DNA of 64,000 nt from Anaeromyxobacter sp. (GCA_049840735.1 JASGJN010000020.1:640001-704000); one strand, 5' to 3'; positions 28,482 through 40,265 are shown, numbered from the stretch's first letter. The notes: generated by a model not told the origin, from the letters alone. Program-made: numbers and translations.

Positions 28482-31030
28482 ATGCTCCCGGGAGTCCGCC
28501 GCAACGCCGGCCTCGTCCTGCTGACCTGCGCCTGCCTCGCCCCCGCGGCCGCCGCCGGGCTCGATCCCCTCCATCCCGGTCTCCGCAGCTGGCGCACGAC
28601 GCCTTCGGCGAGGCCGACGGGCTGCCGCCGGGCTCCCTCCAGTCGTTCACGCAGACGCCCGACGGCATCCTCTGGTTCGCCTCGGACGAAGGGATCGTCC
28701 GCTACGACGGCGACCGGTTCGAGGTGCTCGACCGGACGCGGCTGCCGGGCCTGCCCTCCGACCTGGTCACCGGCGTGCGGGCCGTGGGGAGCACGCTCTG
28801 GGTGGGCACCGAGGCCGGCCCCGCGCGCATCGAGCGCGGCGTGGTGGTCCCCCTGCCGCCGGGCGGGCCGGACACGGGCGGACGCACCCCGTTCGTCGAG
28901 CCGGACGGCACCGCCTGGTTCCCCAGCAGCCAGGGCGTCCACCGGCTGCAGGGGACCACCTGGCGCCGCTTCAACATGCAGGACGGCCTGCCCGATGACC
29001 GGATCACCTCCATCGAGGGCGACGGGGCCGGGACGCTCTGGGTGGCCACCGCCGGCGGCCTGGCCCGGCGCGAGGGCGAGCGGTTCGTGCCCGGCCCGGC
29101 GCCCCTGGACAGGCTCCCCATCTATAGGCTGCAGACCGGGCGCTCCGGGGCGCTCCACGTCGGCACCATCACCGCCGGCCTGGCGCGGCTGCTGGGCGGG
29201 AAGCTCACCTGGTGGGGGCCGGACCAGGGCCTGCCGGCGCTGGTGGCCGGCGTCGCCGAGGACCGCGACGGCGCCCTCTGGTTCGGGACGCCCACCGGCC
29301 TGTACCGGAGCGCGAACGGGCAGCTGGAGCGCTACGGCCGCGCGCAGGGGCTGCCGGACGACCGGATCTGGGACGTCCGCGAGGACGCCGAGGGCTCGAT
29401 CTGGGTGGGCCCGCAGTCCGGCGGGCTGCACCGGCTGCGCGCCGCCGACGTGGTGACGGTGGGGCCGCCCGAGGGGCTGCCGCTGGACAGCGTCAGCGCG
29501 GTGGTCGCCGATCGCGAGGGCGGCATCTGGGTGGCCACCGGCGAGGGGCTGGCGCGGGTCGCCGGCGGCCGGGCCGTGCCGGTCGCCGACCCGCGGCTGC
29601 GTCGGGCCGACGTGGTCGCGGCGCTCTGCGACCAGGCCGGCGCGCTCTGGTTCGGCACCACCCACGGCGAGGTGGCGCGGCTGCGCGGCGGCCAGGTCAC
29701 CTGGTGGCGCGGGCCGGGCGCGCCCGCCGCGCCGGTGCGCGCCATCGAGCAGGACGGCACCGGCCGGATTCGGATCGGGACGGAGCTGGGGCTGGCCTGG
29801 CTGGAGGGTGACCGGCTGGTGACGGCCGGCCCGGCGCAGGGCGTCCCGGCCGACATGAGCGTGGAGCTGCTGGCGCGCGACACCGGCGGCGCGCTGCTGG
29901 TGGCCTCCTCCACGCTGGGCGTCCTCCGCTTCGACGGCGCGCGGCTCGCGCCGCTGCCGGGCGGCCCGCCGCCACGCCTGGGCGTCAACGCCATGCTGGC
30001 CGATCCGGACGGCACGCTCTGGCTCGCCACGCTGGGCGGCGGGCTCTGGCGCCTGCGCGACGGGCGCGCGCGGGCGCTGACGCAGGCCGAGGGCCTGCCC
30101 CACGACGCGCCCTGGACGCTGCTGGACGACCGGCACGGCAACATCTGGACCTCGTCCAACCGCGGCATCGCGCGGCTCTCCCGCGCCGATCTGGAGGGCG
30201 TGCTGGCCGGCAAGCGCCCCAGGCTTGCCGCCGAGCGGCTGGGACGCGCCGCCGGGATGCGCAGCGCCGAGACCAACGCCGGCGCCCCCGGCGGCGCGGT
30301 GGACCGCGCCGGGCGGCTCTGGTTCGCCACGGTGAAGGGGGTCGCCTCGGTGGACCCGGCGCGCCCGCGCACCGGGGCGGCGCCGCCCAGCACGCAGGTC
30401 TTCGAGGTGGTGGTGGACGGCCGCCGCATGGCGGTGGACGGCCCGCTGGCGCTGCCGGCCGGCGTGCGCCGGCTCGAGCTCCACTTCCGGCCCCAGACGC
30501 TGCTCCCCGACGACGGCCGCGCCCACCGCTTCCAGCTGGTCGGGTTCGACACGGCGCCGGTGGAGACGCCCTTTCGCAGCGCGGCGTACACGCACCTGCC
30601 GCACGGCGCGTACACCTTCCAGGTCGAGTCGCGGGCCCGCGACGGCGCCTGGGGGCCGGTGGGCCGGCTGCGCGTCGACGTGGCGCCCTTCCCGTGGGAG
30701 ACGCTCCCCTTCCAGCTGGGCGCCGCGTTGACGGCGCTCCTCTTCCTGGGCGGCGTCATCGCCTGGCGTATCCGCTACCACCGCGCCCGCGAGGCCGAGC
30801 TGCAGGCGCGCGTCGAGGACGCGCTGGCGCAGGTGCGCACGCTGCGCGGCCTGCTCCCGGTCTGCGCCTGGTGCCGCAAGGTGAGGACCGACGGCGGCTA
30901 CTGGCAGAAGCTGGAGTCGTACGTGCAGGCCCACACGCACGCGAAGTTCAGCCACGCGATGTGCCCGGAGTGCTACCAGCGGGAGATGGGGGAGCACCCG
31001 GACCGCAAGCCGGATGAGGAGGCGGGGTAG
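28482..31030 (+). CDS. Beta-propeller/Y_Y_Y periplasmic sensor with TM and small Cys-rich cytoplasmic domain; frameshift near 28565-28585
   Basis: Signal peptide in ORF starting 28482; repeated GLP / D..G.(L/I)W blades; YTHLPHGAYTFQV; PWET+TM; LPVCAWCRKVR...FSHAMCPEC. Confidence 0.85.
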
Positions 31031-31042
31031 CCCGCCACCCGC

Positions 31043-32477
31043 TCACCCGCCGCTGGCCGCCGGCGCCCCCGCCACCTCGGTCCGCTCCTTCCACCCACCG
31101 CCCAGCGCCCGATAGAGCTCGACCAGGTTCGTGAGCTTGGCCTGGCGCGAGCGGATCAGCAGGGCCTGCGCGTCATAGAGAATCGCGCTGGGCCGTGAGC
31201 ACGGCCAGGTAGCTGTCCACGCCCTTGCGGTAGCGGAGATCGGCCAGGTGGAAGCGCCGCTCCTCGGCGCTCACCCGCGCCTGGCCCGCGGCGAGCTGCT
31301 CCTCCAGCGCGCCGCGGGACTCGAGCGCGTCGGCCACCTCGCGGAAGGCCACCTGGATGGCGCGCTCGTACGAGGCCACCTGGATCGACCTGCGGACCTG
31401 GGCCACGTCCAGGCCGGCCCGCAGCGCGCCGCCCTGGAAGATGGGCAGCGTGAGGCGCGGGGCGAAGCTCCAGGTGCCGGTGCCGGCGCCGAACAGGCCG
31501 GAGAGCTCGGGGCTGAGGCTGCCGGCCGAACCGGTCAGGGTCACGGTGGGGAAGAAGGCGGCGCGGGCGGCGCCGATGGAGGCGTTGGCGGCGCGCAGCT
31601 GGTGCTCTGCGGAGAGGACGTCCGGCCGGCGCTGCAACACCTCCGAGGGCAGGCCGGCCGGGAGCTCGGCCACCAGCGGCTGCGCGTCCAGCGGCAGCGG
31701 CTCCGGGAGCCCCTCCGGCAGCGGGCTGCCCACCAGCAGCACCAGCGCCTCCTGCGCCTGGTTGCGGGTCCGCTCCGCCACCGAGAGGTTGAAGCGGGCG
31801 GTGGCCACCTGGGCCTCGGCGATCCGGACGTCCAGCTCCGACACCTGGCCGCCCTGGTAGATGCGCTGCACCAGCGCCTGGCTGGCCTGGACGGCCTGCA
31901 GGGTCTGCCGCGCCAGCGCCACCTGGTCGTCCCCGGCGCGGACCGCCAGGTACTGCGTGGCCACCTCGGCCACCAGCGCTAGCTGCGCGCTGCGCCGCGC
32001 CTCGTCGGTGGCCAGGTACTCCTCCACGGCGGCCTCGGAGAGGCTGCGCACCCGGCCGAACAGGTCCAGCTCCCAGGAGAGCCCCAGCGAGGCGGACCAG
32101 GTGTTCGCGGTGTAGGCCCGGCCGGTGGTGCTGGCCTCCTCGCCGGCGTGGGCACGGGTGAAGCCGCCCTGGCCGGACGCCTCGGGGAAGAGCGGCGCGC
32201 GCTGGATCCGGTACTGGGCCCGGGCCAGCTCGACATTGAGCGTGGCGACGCGCAGGTCGCGGTTGTTCTCCAGCGCCATGGCCACCAGCGCCTGCAGGCG
32301 GGGGTCACCGAAGACGTCGCGCCAGCCCAGCTCGCCGGCCGCGGCGCCCGCGCCGGCGGCGTCCTTCACCGGCCAGGCGGTGGCCACCGGCAGCTCGGGG
32401 CGCTGGTAGCGGGGGGCCAGCGAGCAGCCGGCCGCGGCCAGCAGCGCCGCCGCGGCGAGGGTCCGGGCGCTACGCAT
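31043..32477 (-). CDS. RND outer-membrane lipoprotein (OprM/NodT family); frameshift near 31181
   Basis: AGCSLAP lipobox, ALENNRDL, WELDLFG, RRPDV..AE; corrected frame continues DLYDAQ...LYRALGGGW to stop at 31043. Confidence 0.9.
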
Positions 32478-35400
32478 GGGCCGCCTCCTTCTCCGCCGGC
32501 TGCGCCGGCTCCACCTGCGTCGCGCGGGCCCGGCGCCGCCGGGCGATCACCACGAAGAAGACCGGCACGAACAGCACCGCCAGCACGGTGGCCGAGATCA
32601 TGCCGCCCATCACCGCGTAGCCGATGGCGTTCTGGCCGCCGGCCCCGGCCCCGCTGGCGGTGGCCAGCGGCAGCACGCCCAGGATGAAGGCCAGCGAGGT
32701 CATGACGATGGGCCGCAGCCGGAGCCGGGCCGCCTCCAGCGCGGCCTCGACCGCGCTCCGGCCCTGCTCGTGCGCCTCCTTGGCGAACTCGACGATCAGG
32801 ATGGCGTTCTTGGCCGAGAGGCCGACCGTGGTGAGCAGGCCCACCTGGAAGTAGACGTCGTTGGCCAGCCGGCCCAGCAGCGTGGCCAGCACCGCGCCGA
32901 GCACGCCCAGCGGCACCACCAGCATCACCGAGACGGGGATGGACCAGCTCTCGTAGAGCGCGGCCAGGCAGAGGAACACCACCAGCAGCGAGATGGCGTA
33001 GAGCGCCGGCGCCTGCGAGCCGGAGAGCCGCTCCTCGTAGGAGAGCCCCGACCACTCCATGCCGACGCCAGCCGGGAGCCGGGAGGCAATCTCCTCCACC
33101 GCCGCCATGGCCGCGCCGGTGCTGCCGCCGGCCACCGGCTCGCCCTGGATCTGCACCGCCGGCATGCCGTTGAACCGCTCCAGCCGCGGCGAGCCGTAGG
33201 TCCAGCGCCCGGAGGCGAAGGTGGTGAAGGGCACCATGTCGCCGGTGCGGTTGCGGACGTACCAGCGCTCCAGGTCCTGCGGCTGCATGCGGTAGGGCGC
33301 GTCCGCCTGCATGTAGACGCGCTTGGTGCGCCCCTTGTCGAGGAAGTCGTTCACGTAGGAGACGCCCCAGGTGGACGCCAGCGTGCTGTTGATGTCCGCC
33401 AGCGTCAGCCCCAGCGCCGCGGCCTTGGGCGCGTCCACGTCGATCTTGTACTGCGGGGTGTCGTCCAGGCCGGAGGGGCGCACCTTGGCCAGGCGCGGGT
33501 CCTTGGACGCCTCGGCCAGGAACTGGTTGCGCGCCTGCATCAGCACCTCGTGCCCCACGCCGCCGCGATCCTGCAGCTGCACCTCGAAGCCGGTGGCGTT
33601 GCCCAGCTCGCCCACCGCCGGCGGGGCGAAGGAGAAGACCTGGGCCTGGCGGATGCGCGAGAAGGCGCCCATGGTCCGGCGCACCACCGCGTCCACCTTG
33701 AGGTCCGCCCCCTTCCGCTCGTCCCAGGGCTTGAGCCGGATGAAGGCCACGCCCACGTTCTGGCCGCGGGAGGCCAGGCTGAACCCGGCGATGGTCATCA
33801 CCGAGTCGATGGCGCCCTTCTCCTGCGTGAGCAGGTGCTGCGCCACCTGGTCCAGCACCTGGCGCGTGCTCTCCAGCGTGGAGCCGGGCGGCAGCGTCAC
33901 CTGCGTGTACATGATCCCCTGGTCCTCGCCGGGGAGGAACCCGGTGGGCACGCGCACGAAGAGCAGCCCCAGGACCGCCACGATCACCACGTAGGCCACC
34001 ATGGTCCGGCCGCGCCGGCCCAGCAGGCGCTTCACCAGCCCCTGGTACCAGCCGTTGCCGCGGTCGTAGAGCCGGTTGAACAGGCCGAACAGCCCGCGGT
34101 GCGTCTCGACGTGCCCCTTCTCGACCGGCTTGAGCAGCGTGGCGCAGAGCGCCGGGGTGAGCGTCAGGGCCACGAAGACCGAAAGCGCCATGGCCGAGAC
34201 CAGCGTCAGCGAGAACTGCCGGTAGATGACGCCCACCGAGCCGCCGAAGAAGGCCATGGGGACGAAGACCGCCGCCAGCACCATGGCGATGCCCACCAGC
34301 GCGCCGGTGATCTGCCCATGGAGCGGCGGGTGGCCTCCCGCGGCGGGAGCCCCTCCTCGCTCATGACGCGCTCGACGTTCTCCACCACCACGATGGCGTC
34401 GTCCACCAGCAGGCCGATGGCCAACACCAGGCCGAACATGGTGAGGGTGTTGATGCTGAACCCGGCCGCGGCCAGGACGCCGAAGGTCCCCAGCAGCACC
34501 ACCGGCACGGCGATGGTGGGGATGAGCGTGGCGCGGAAGTTCTGCAGGAACAGGTACATCACCAGGAAGACGAGGAGGATGGCCTCCGCCAGCGTCTTCA
34601 CCACCTCCTCGATCGACAGCCGGACGAAGGGGGTGGTGTCGAGCGGGAAGTCGTACTGCATGCCCTGCGGGAAGAAGGGCGCCAGCTCCTCCAGCCGCGC
34701 CCGCACCGCGGCGGCGGTGTCCAGCGCGTTGGCGCCGGCCGCCAGCCGGATGGCGACGCCGCTGGAGGGCTTGCCGTTGATGTAGGTTTCGATGTCGCTC
34801 GACTCGCCTGCCAGCTCGACGCGGGCCACGTCGCGCAGCCGCACCTGCGAGCCGTCGGGGTTCACGCGCAGCAGGATGGCGCCGAACTGCTCCGCGCTCT
34901 GCAGGCGGGTCTGGGCCGTGATGGTGGCGGTGAGCCGCTGCCCCGGGACGGCCGGCAGCCCGCCCAGCTGGCCGGCCGAGACCTGCGCGTTCTGGGCCTG
35001 GATGGCGCCCGAGACGTCCACCGGCGTGAGCCGGAAGTTCGATCATCTTCTCCGGGTCGAGCCAGATGCGCATGGCGTACTGCGAGCCGAAGACGTTCAC
35101 CTCGCCCACGCCCGGCACCCGCGAGATCTGGTCCTGCACCGAGGTGTACAGGTAGTCGGAGATGTCGTTGCGGGTCATGGACCCGTCGGCGGAGACGAAG
35201 CCGACGATCATGAGGTAGTTGCGGACCGACTTGACCACCCGCACGCCCTGCCGCTGCACCTCCTGCGGGAGCTGCGGCATGGCCAGCTGCAGCTTGTTCT
35301 GCACCTGGACCTGCGCGATGTCCGGGTTGGTGCCGGCGTCGAAGGTGAGCGCCACCGAGGCGTTGCCCGCGTCGTCGCTGGAGGACTGGATGTAGCGCAG

Positions 35401-35622
35401 GTGGTCGAGCCCGTTCATGCGCTGCTCGATCACCTGCGTGACCGTGTCCTCCAGCGTCTTGGCGGAGGCGCCGGGGTAGCTGGCCTGGACGGTGATCTGG
35501 GGCGGCGCGATGGCCGGGTACTGCGAGACCGGCAGCGTGAGGATGGAGAGGGCGCCCGCCATCATCACGATGATGGCGATGACCCAGGCGAAGATCGGTC
35601 GATCGATGAAGAACTTGGCCAC
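32470..35622 (-). CDS. RND efflux permease (AcrB/MexB family); two compensating frameshifts (~35040, ~34315)
   Basis: [11 protein letters not shown]; middle part incl. [18 protein letters not shown] is in ORF 34206..35021; [22 protein letters not shown]. Confidence 0.93.
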   Translation of the reverse strand: MAKFFIDRPIFAWVIAIIVMMAGALSILTLPVSQYPAIAPPQITVQASYPGASAKTLEDTVTQVIEQRMNGLDHLRYIQSSSDDAGNASVALTFDAGTNPDIAQVQVQNKLQLAMPQLPQEVQRQGVRVVKSVRNYLMIVGFVSADGSMTRNDISDYLYTSVQDQISRVPGVGEVNVFGSQYAMRIWLDPEKMIELPAHAGGRLGRHPGPERAGLGRPAGRAAGRPGAAAHRHHHGPDPPAERGAVRRHPAAREPRRLAGAAARRGPRRAGRRVERHRNLHQRQALQRRRHPAGGRRQRAGHRRRGAGAAGGAGALLPAGHAVRLPARHHPLRPAVDRGGGEDAGGGHPPRLPGDVPVPAELPRHAHPHHRRAGGAAGDLRRPGRGRVQHQHPHHVRPGVGHRPAGGRRHRGGGERRARHERGGAPAAGGHPPLHGQITGALVGIAMVLAAVFVPMAFFGGSVGVIYRQFSLTLVSAMALSVFVALTLTPALCATLLKPVEKGHVETHRGLFGLFNRLYDRGNGWYQGLVKRLLGRRGRTMVAYVVIVAVLGLLFVRVPTGFLPGEDQGIMYTQVTLPPGSTLESTRQVLDQVAQHLLTQEKGAIDSVMTIAGFSLASRGQNVGVAFIRLKPWDERKGADLKVDAVVRRTMGAFSRIRQAQVFSFAPPAVGELGNATGFEVQLQDRGGVGHEVLMQARNQFLAEASKDPRLAKVRPSGLDDTPQYKIDVDAPKAAALGLTLADINSTLASTWGVSYVNDFLDKGRTKRVYMQADAPYRMQPQDLERWYVRNRTGDMVPFTTFASGRWTYGSPRLERFNGMPAVQIQGEPVAGGSTGAAMAAVEEIASRLPAGVGMEWSGLSYEERLSGSQAPALYAISLLVVFLCLAALYESWSIPVSVMLVVPLGVLGAVLATLLGRLANDVYFQVGLLTTVGLSAKNAILIVEFAKEAHEQGRSAVEAALEAARLRLRPIVMTSLAFILGVLPLATASGAGAGGQNAIGYAVMGGMISATVLAVLFVPVFFVVIARRRRARATQVEPAQPAEKEAAHA

Positions 35623-35630
35623 GGCCGCTC

Positions 35631-36806
35631 CTAGCGCTGCGCCTGCTTCGGACCGGCCTCGACCTCGACCGGCTTCACCTCGGCGCCCGGCCGGACCTTC
35701 TGCAGGCCGTCGACGATCACCTGCTCGCCGGGCTTGAGGCCGGCGCTGACCAGCCAGCTGTCACCCACGGCGCGCTCGGTGGTCAGGCTGCGCCGCTCCA
35801 CCTTGCGGTCGGCCCCCACCACCAGCGCGGTGGGCTGCCCCTTCTGATCGCGCGCGACCGCCTGCTGCGGGACCAGCAGCGCCTGCGGGTTCACGCCCTC
35901 CTCCAGCCGGGCGCGCACGAACATGCCGGGCATCACCTCGCGCTCGGGGTTGGGGAAGAGCGCGCGCAGCGAGATGGAGCCGGTGGTCGGGTCCACCGTC
36001 ACGTCGGCGAACTGGAGCGTGCCGGGCTGGCCGTACTCGTGCCCGTCCTCGAGCAGCAGCTTCACGCGGGCGGCCCCCTTGCCGGCGCTCTGCAGCCGAC
36101 CCTCGGCCAGATCGCGCCGTAGCCGCAGCACCTCGGTGCTGGACTGGGTCAGGTCCACGTAGACCGGGTCGAGCTGCTGGATGGTGGCGAGCAGCGTGGC
36201 CGCGCCCTGCTGCACGTAGGCGCCCTCGGTCACCGCAGAGCGGCCGATGCGCCCGGAGACCGGCGCGGTGACGCGGGTGTAGCCGAGGTTGATCCGGGCC
36301 GTCTCCACCGCGGCGCGGCCCGCCTGCGCGTCGGCCTGCGAGGCGCTGAGGGCGGCCTGCGCGTTGTCCGCCTCCTGCTTGGAGACGGCGTTGTCCGCCA
36401 CCAGCTCGGCGGTGCGCTGCGCCTGCAGCCGGGCGTTGGCCAGGGTGGCCTCGGCGCGCGCCAGCTGCGCGCGGGCCGACTCCAGCGCCGCCTCGTAGGG
36501 CGCCGGGTCGATGAGGTACAGCACCTGGCCCTCCTTGACGTCGCTCCCCTCGGGGAAGAGCCGCTTCAGCACGATGCCGTTCACCCGGGCGCGGACCTCG
36601 GCCACGCGGAAGGCGCTGGTGCGGCCGGGCAGCTCGCGGGTGAGCGTCACGGCCTGCGGGGCCATGGTGACCACGCCCACCTCCACCGGACCGGGAGGCG
36701 GCGGGGGCGGCGCCTGCCGCGAGCAGGCGGCCAGGCTCACCAGCAGCGCTGCAGCGGTGGAGAGGGGGAGTGCACGGGGAACGATGACTCGAACGGGGAG
36801 GGGCAT
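35631..36806 (-). CDS. RND periplasmic adaptor (AcrA/MexA family)
   Basis: LAACS lipobox, ELPGRT, EVRARVNG, APVSGRIG, PGMFVRA. Confidence 0.93.
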   Translation of the reverse strand: MPLPVRVIVPRALPLSTAAALLVSLAACSRQAPPPPPPGPVEVGVVTMAPQAVTLTRELPGRTSAFRVAEVRARVNGIVLKRLFPEGSDVKEGQVLYLIDPAPYEAALESARAQLARAEATLANARLQAQRTAELVADNAVSKQEADNAQAALSASQADAQAGRAAVETARINLGYTRVTAPVSGRIGRSAVTEGAYVQQGAATLLATIQQLDPVYVDLTQSSTEVLRLRRDLAEGRLQSAGKGAARVKLLLEDGHEYGQPGTLQFADVTVDPTTGSISLRALFPNPEREVMPGMFVRARLEEGVNPQALLVPQQAVARDQKGQPTALVVGADRKVERRSLTTERAVGDSWLVSAGLKPGEQVIVDGLQKVRPGAEVKPVEVEAGPKQAQR

Positions 36807-36824
36807 TCTCAGGCTGTCCTGGGC

Positions 36825-36900
36825 AAACTGAACTGTACGGTTCAGGGGCCCGCTTATTAGTCGGGTGCGGGTTGACAGTCAACACTGAACGGTTCAGTTT
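36825..36900. promoter_or_regulatory. Divergent promoter region with TetR-type operators
   Basis: CTGAAC-TGTACG-GTTCAG (36828-36845), GTTGAC-A-GTCAAC containing TTGACA (36871-36883), ACTGAAC-G-GTTCAGT (36884-36898). Confidence 0.7.
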
Positions 36901-36912
36901 CAAGGGCGTCCC

Positions 36913-37543
36913 ATGACCCAACCCCTCGAGAGAGCCAGCGAACTTTCACCTGCGAAGCGCCAGCAGATCCTGGCGGGCGCCCGCCGGGCGTTCGCCGAGC
37001 TGGGCTACGAGCGCGCCAGCGTGGACCGGATCGCGGCCCAGGCCGGGGTCTCCAAGGCCACGGTCTATAACCACTTCGAGGACAAGCGGGCCCTGTTCGT
37101 CGCCTCCATCTCCGAGGAGGTGGACAGCATGCGTGGCGAGCTGCTGGCGCTCATCGCCAGGCCGCCTTCCGAGCTCACCGAGGCGCTCCAGCAGATCGGC
37201 GAGCGGGCCGTGGCCATCCGGCTGCAGCGGGCCACCGACTGCCTGTTCCGGAGCACCATCGCCGAGGCCCGCCGCTTCCCGGAGATCGGGCTGCACCTCT
37301 TCGAGCGCGGGCCCAAGGCCTTCCACGACGCGCTCGGCCAGCTCCTCGCGCGCCACCGCGACCAGGGCCGGCTGGAGCTGGACGACCCCTCGTCGGCGGC
37401 CATCCAGTTCTCGATGCTGTGCCAGGGGGACCTGGTGGTCCGGGCACAGCTCGGGATCCCGGTCGCGCCGGAGGAGGTCCGCGCCAACGTGAAGGGCGCG
37501 GTGGCCACCTTCCTGCGGGCCTTCGCTTCCGCCCGCCGCTCGA
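36913..37543 (+). CDS. TetR/AcrR-family regulator (stop probably hidden by a 1-bp insertion)
   Basis: AFAELGYERASVDRIAAQAGVSKATVYNHFEDK HTH; protein-like sequence ends at VATFLRAFASARR; TCGA at 37540-37543 reads TGA if one C is removed. Confidence 0.85.
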
Positions 37544-37610
37544 TCCCCTCCCCGCTTTCACGCTGCGGCCGCAGGGCTGCCGCTGCTGGCGGGCGCGCTG
37601 CGGCCGGCGG

Positions 37611-38396
37611 TCACCCCGCCCACTTCGCGATGGCGGCGGCGATGCGCGAGGCCAGGTCGCGGACCGTCCGCACGTGCGGGTGGAAGGCCGGCCCGATGGG
37701 CGCCCTGCGGGCCTTCATGATCAGCTCCTGCAGGTCCAGGTGGAGCCGATTGGCCTCGCGGTGGGCGGCCAGCAGCTCCTCGGGCGTGGCCGCGCCGCGC
37801 TCCAGCAGCCCGGTGAGCCGCCCCCGGGCGACGGCGATCTCGCCCGAGAGGTCCAGCATCCTGTCCAGCCGGCCCACCTCCACGCGCAGCGTGCGCCCCT
37901 GCCCGTCCACCTGGGCGCCGGGCACCGCCACCGCCGCCTCGGAGGCGGCCACCGCCGCGGCGCCGCGCTGGTGCGGCGCCTCCGCCGCGCTGCGGGTCGC
38001 CTCGGCCAGCCGGGCGCGGAAGGCCGTCACCGGCTCGCTGGGGCCGGTCCTGCCGGCCGCGCAGGCGTGGATGGCCGCGCGCAGCACGTCCACCGACTGC
38101 AGCAGCAGCGTCACCATCGCCGCGGTGGCGGAGAGGTCGTGCTTGCGCAGCCGCTCCAGCACCTGCTCGAGGTCGTGGGCCAGGGCGCGGGAGGCGTCGA
38201 AGCCCACCAGCGCCGAGCCGCCCTTGAGCGTGTGGGCGTCACGGAAGACCGCGTGGAGCAGCTCGTCGTCCCGGGGCCTGGCCTCCAGCGCCACCACGCC
38301 CTGCTCCATGCGGGTGAGCACCTCCTCCGCCTCGGCCAGGAAGGCGGCGATCAGCGCTCCCCGGTCGATCGCGAACGCTTCCCCTGTAGCGCTCAC
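37611..38396 (-). CDS. Truncated CheA: Hpt (P1) + dimerisation (P3) domains only
   Basis: FLAEAEE...VFRDAHTLKGGS (phospho-His intact); TLRVEVGRLDRMLDLSGEI...RTVRDLA then stop; no HATPase or CheW domain. Confidence 0.8.
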   Translation of the reverse strand: MSATGEAFAIDRGALIAAFLAEAEEVLTRMEQGVVALEARPRDDELLHAVFRDAHTLKGGSALVGFDASRALAHDLEQVLERLRKHDLSATAAMVTLLLQSVDVLRAAIHACAAGRTGPSEPVTAFRARLAEATRSAAEAPHQRGAAAVAASEAAVAVPGAQVDGQGRTLRVEVGRLDRMLDLSGEIAVARGRLTGLLERGAATPEELLAAHREANRLHLDLQELIMKARRAPIGPAFHPHVRTVRDLASRIAAAIAKWAG

Positions 38397-38894
38397 AGCT
38401 GCTTCACCCAGGCCGATCCGTCGTCGGAGTGGAAGATGAGCTTTCGGCCACGCTCGCCGCCCACGTCGTGCTGCAGCACCGGGATGCCGGCCTCCTGCAG
38501 CAGCTGGAAGGCCAGCTGGGCGTTCTCGCCGCCCAGGTTGCGCTGGCGGAACACCCCCATGACGCTGGCCCCGCCGAACACCTTGGCCCGGAGCGCGTGC
38601 CGGCGCGCCCCCGCCCGGACCAGCTCGTCGATCAGCCCGGGGACCGCCACGCTGCCGAACCGCGGGGAGCGCTCGCGCGCCACGTGCAGCGGCAGCAGGA
38701 AGTGGTTCATCCCGCCGAATCCTGCGCTCCGGGTCGAAGACGCAGGCGGCCACGCAGGAGCCGAGCACGGTGATGATGGCGCTGGGCCGGACCGCGACCG
38801 CGAGCTGGCCGGCGTTGAGGTAGAGCTTCTCCCGGCCGCCCGCGTCCGGGGCACCGCCGTCCCGCCGGATCGCGGACGTGTCCGGCCCGGTCAA
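38393..38894 (-). CDS. cheD: Chemoreceptor glutamine deamidase CheD; frameshift near 38718
   Basis: TVLGSCVAAC, GGMNHFLLP, AKVFGGA, N(L)G..N, DVGG.RGRK. Confidence 0.88.
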
Positions 38895-39532
38895 GCGGCC
38901 CGCTCCGCCGCGCGGCGCAGGTGCAGCGCCTGCCCGCCGTGGATGGCCAGCAGCTCGAGGACCACCAGGTCGGCCTCCCGCAGCTCCGGCTTGTGGACCA
39001 GCAGGCGGTAGATGGTGATGAGCCCCACCACGCGCCCCTCGGCCAGCAGCGGCACGCAGGCGGTCAGCTCGTCCTCGCCCGGATCCGGCGCGCCGTCGCG
39101 CGCGGCCACCCAGGGGCGGCCTGCGGCCGCGACCCGGCCGGCGGTGCCCTGGCCCATGGCGATGCGCTCGGGGTGGCCGCCGCCCTCGCGGCCCAGGGCG
39201 CGCAGCAGCCGCAGGCTGCCGTCCTGCAGCGCGTAGATGCCCAGCTCCCCCGAGCCGATCACGTCGATGACCACCTCCTGCATGGCCTGCAGCAGCTCCT
39301 CGACCTGGGCGGCGCCGTGGATGCGGATGAGCGTCGCGACCTGCTGCACCAGCTCGTCGGCGCGATCCATCGCCTCGACCAGCGCGTCCCCGAGCTGCCC
39401 GTTCTCCTCCTCCAGCGCCCGCACCCGGGCCCGGAGGCGATCGACCTCGGCCGCGAGCCCGGCGGGCGCGCGCGAGACCTCGAGCAAGGCTCCCTCGGGC
39501 TTGCCGGCCACGGCCGCGCGCTCCTCACTCAC
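38891..39532 (-). CDS. Coiled-coil + GAF domain protein
   Basis: N-terminal coiled coil; MGQGTAGRVA, ACVPL...VVGLITIYRLLVHK. Confidence 0.8.
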   Translation of the reverse strand: MSEERAAVAGKPEGALLEVSRAPAGLAAEVDRLRARVRALEEENGQLGDALVEAMDRADELVQQVATLIRIHGAAQVEELLQAMQEVVIDVIGSGELGIYALQDGSLRLLRALGREGGGHPERIAMGQGTAGRVAAAGRPWVAARDGAPDPGEDELTACVPLLAEGRVVGLITIYRLLVHKPELREADLVVLELLAIHGGQALHLRRAAERAA

Positions 39533-39893
39533 CCAGGCAGCTCCGGACCTTGCTGAGCAGGTCGAGCGCGTTGATGGGCTTGGTGACGTAGTCGTTGCAG
39601 CCGGACGCGTACCCCGCCTCGACGCTCTCCAGCTCGCCGCGCGTGGTCACCATGATGACCGGGATGCCCTTGGTGGCGTCCTGCTCCCGCAGCCGGCGCA
39701 CCGCGCCGAAGCCGTCCAGGCGCGGCATCACCACGTCCATGAGGATCAGGTCGGGCTTCTCGGCCACGGCCTTCTCCACGCCCTCCTGTCCGTCCCGCGC
39801 CTCCAGCACGTCGAACCGCTGAGCGAGGATCATCTTCTCCATCAGCAGGACTGTGGTGGAGTCGTCCACGAGCAGGATCTTCTTGCGGCCCAT
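39525..39893 (-). CDS. Single-domain response regulator (CheY-like)
   Basis: ILLVDD, PDLILMDVVMP, VTT, TKP. Confidence 0.92.
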   Translation of the reverse strand: MGRKKILLVDDSTTVLLMEKMILAQRFDVLEARDGQEGVEKAVAEKPDLILMDVVMPRLDGFGAVRRLREQDATKGIPVIMVTTRGELESVEAGYASGCNDYVTKPINALDLLSKVRSCLGE

Positions 39894-39927
39894 CAAAGCC
39901 CTCCTTGGCGCGGGGCGACCCTCGTGC

Positions 39928-39943
39928 TGCAAGCGCGGAACCA
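39928..39943 (-). promoter_or_regulatory. Putative sigma54 promoter for the RR-GAF-cheD-cheA' operon
   Basis: Minus strand TGGTTCCGCGCTTGCA = GG-N10-GC, about 35 bp upstream of the ATG and its AAGGAG RBS. Confidence 0.6.
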
Positions 39944-40200
39944 GCGCGGTCGCGCCGGACGCGACACCGGACGGCGAAGGGAAATCCCGTGTCGCGCCGC
40001 CCGTGTCCGCTGGGTTGCGACGGCCTGTATCCGTTGTCCGACCAGCCTCCGCGGTGCACGCAGACGCGGGTCCCGGGTGCCCCCCCCGCCGATTCCCTCA
40101 CCCTGGGGTGATCTCGAACCCGGCGCCGGGCGCCGGCCGGGTCACCACCTCCAGCGCCGGATCACTCAGGCTTTCAGGACCGCGCCGGCGAGGCCCGCGG

Positions 40201-40216
40201 TGGTACGTGGCTTGAA
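40201..40216 (+). promoter_or_regulatory. Putative sigma54 promoter (TTGA variant)
   Basis: TGGTACGTGGCTTGAA = GG-N10-GA, 50 bp upstream of the small ORF and cheA-like gene. Confidence 0.5.
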
Positions 40217-40265
40217 CGGTTCGCCCCCGACGCAGTTCCGCAGGGATCATGCTGAGGGGGCAGCG

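Noticed and set aside
27173..30997. Long antisense and alternative-frame ORFs (e.g. 1274 aa here; also 5675..8269, 42097..44433, 44495..46828)
   Set aside because: Shadow ORFs typical of high-GC DNA, overlapping well-supported genes
31043..35622. RND pump and other frameshifted genes as pseudogenes or programmed frameshifts
   Set aside because: Sequences are otherwise fully conserved, indels are motif-linked and there are no slippery heptamers; sequencing error is more parsimonious
36913..38439. 508-aa TetR fusion
   Set aside because: The extension is antisense to cheA'; the stop is probably masked at 37540-37543
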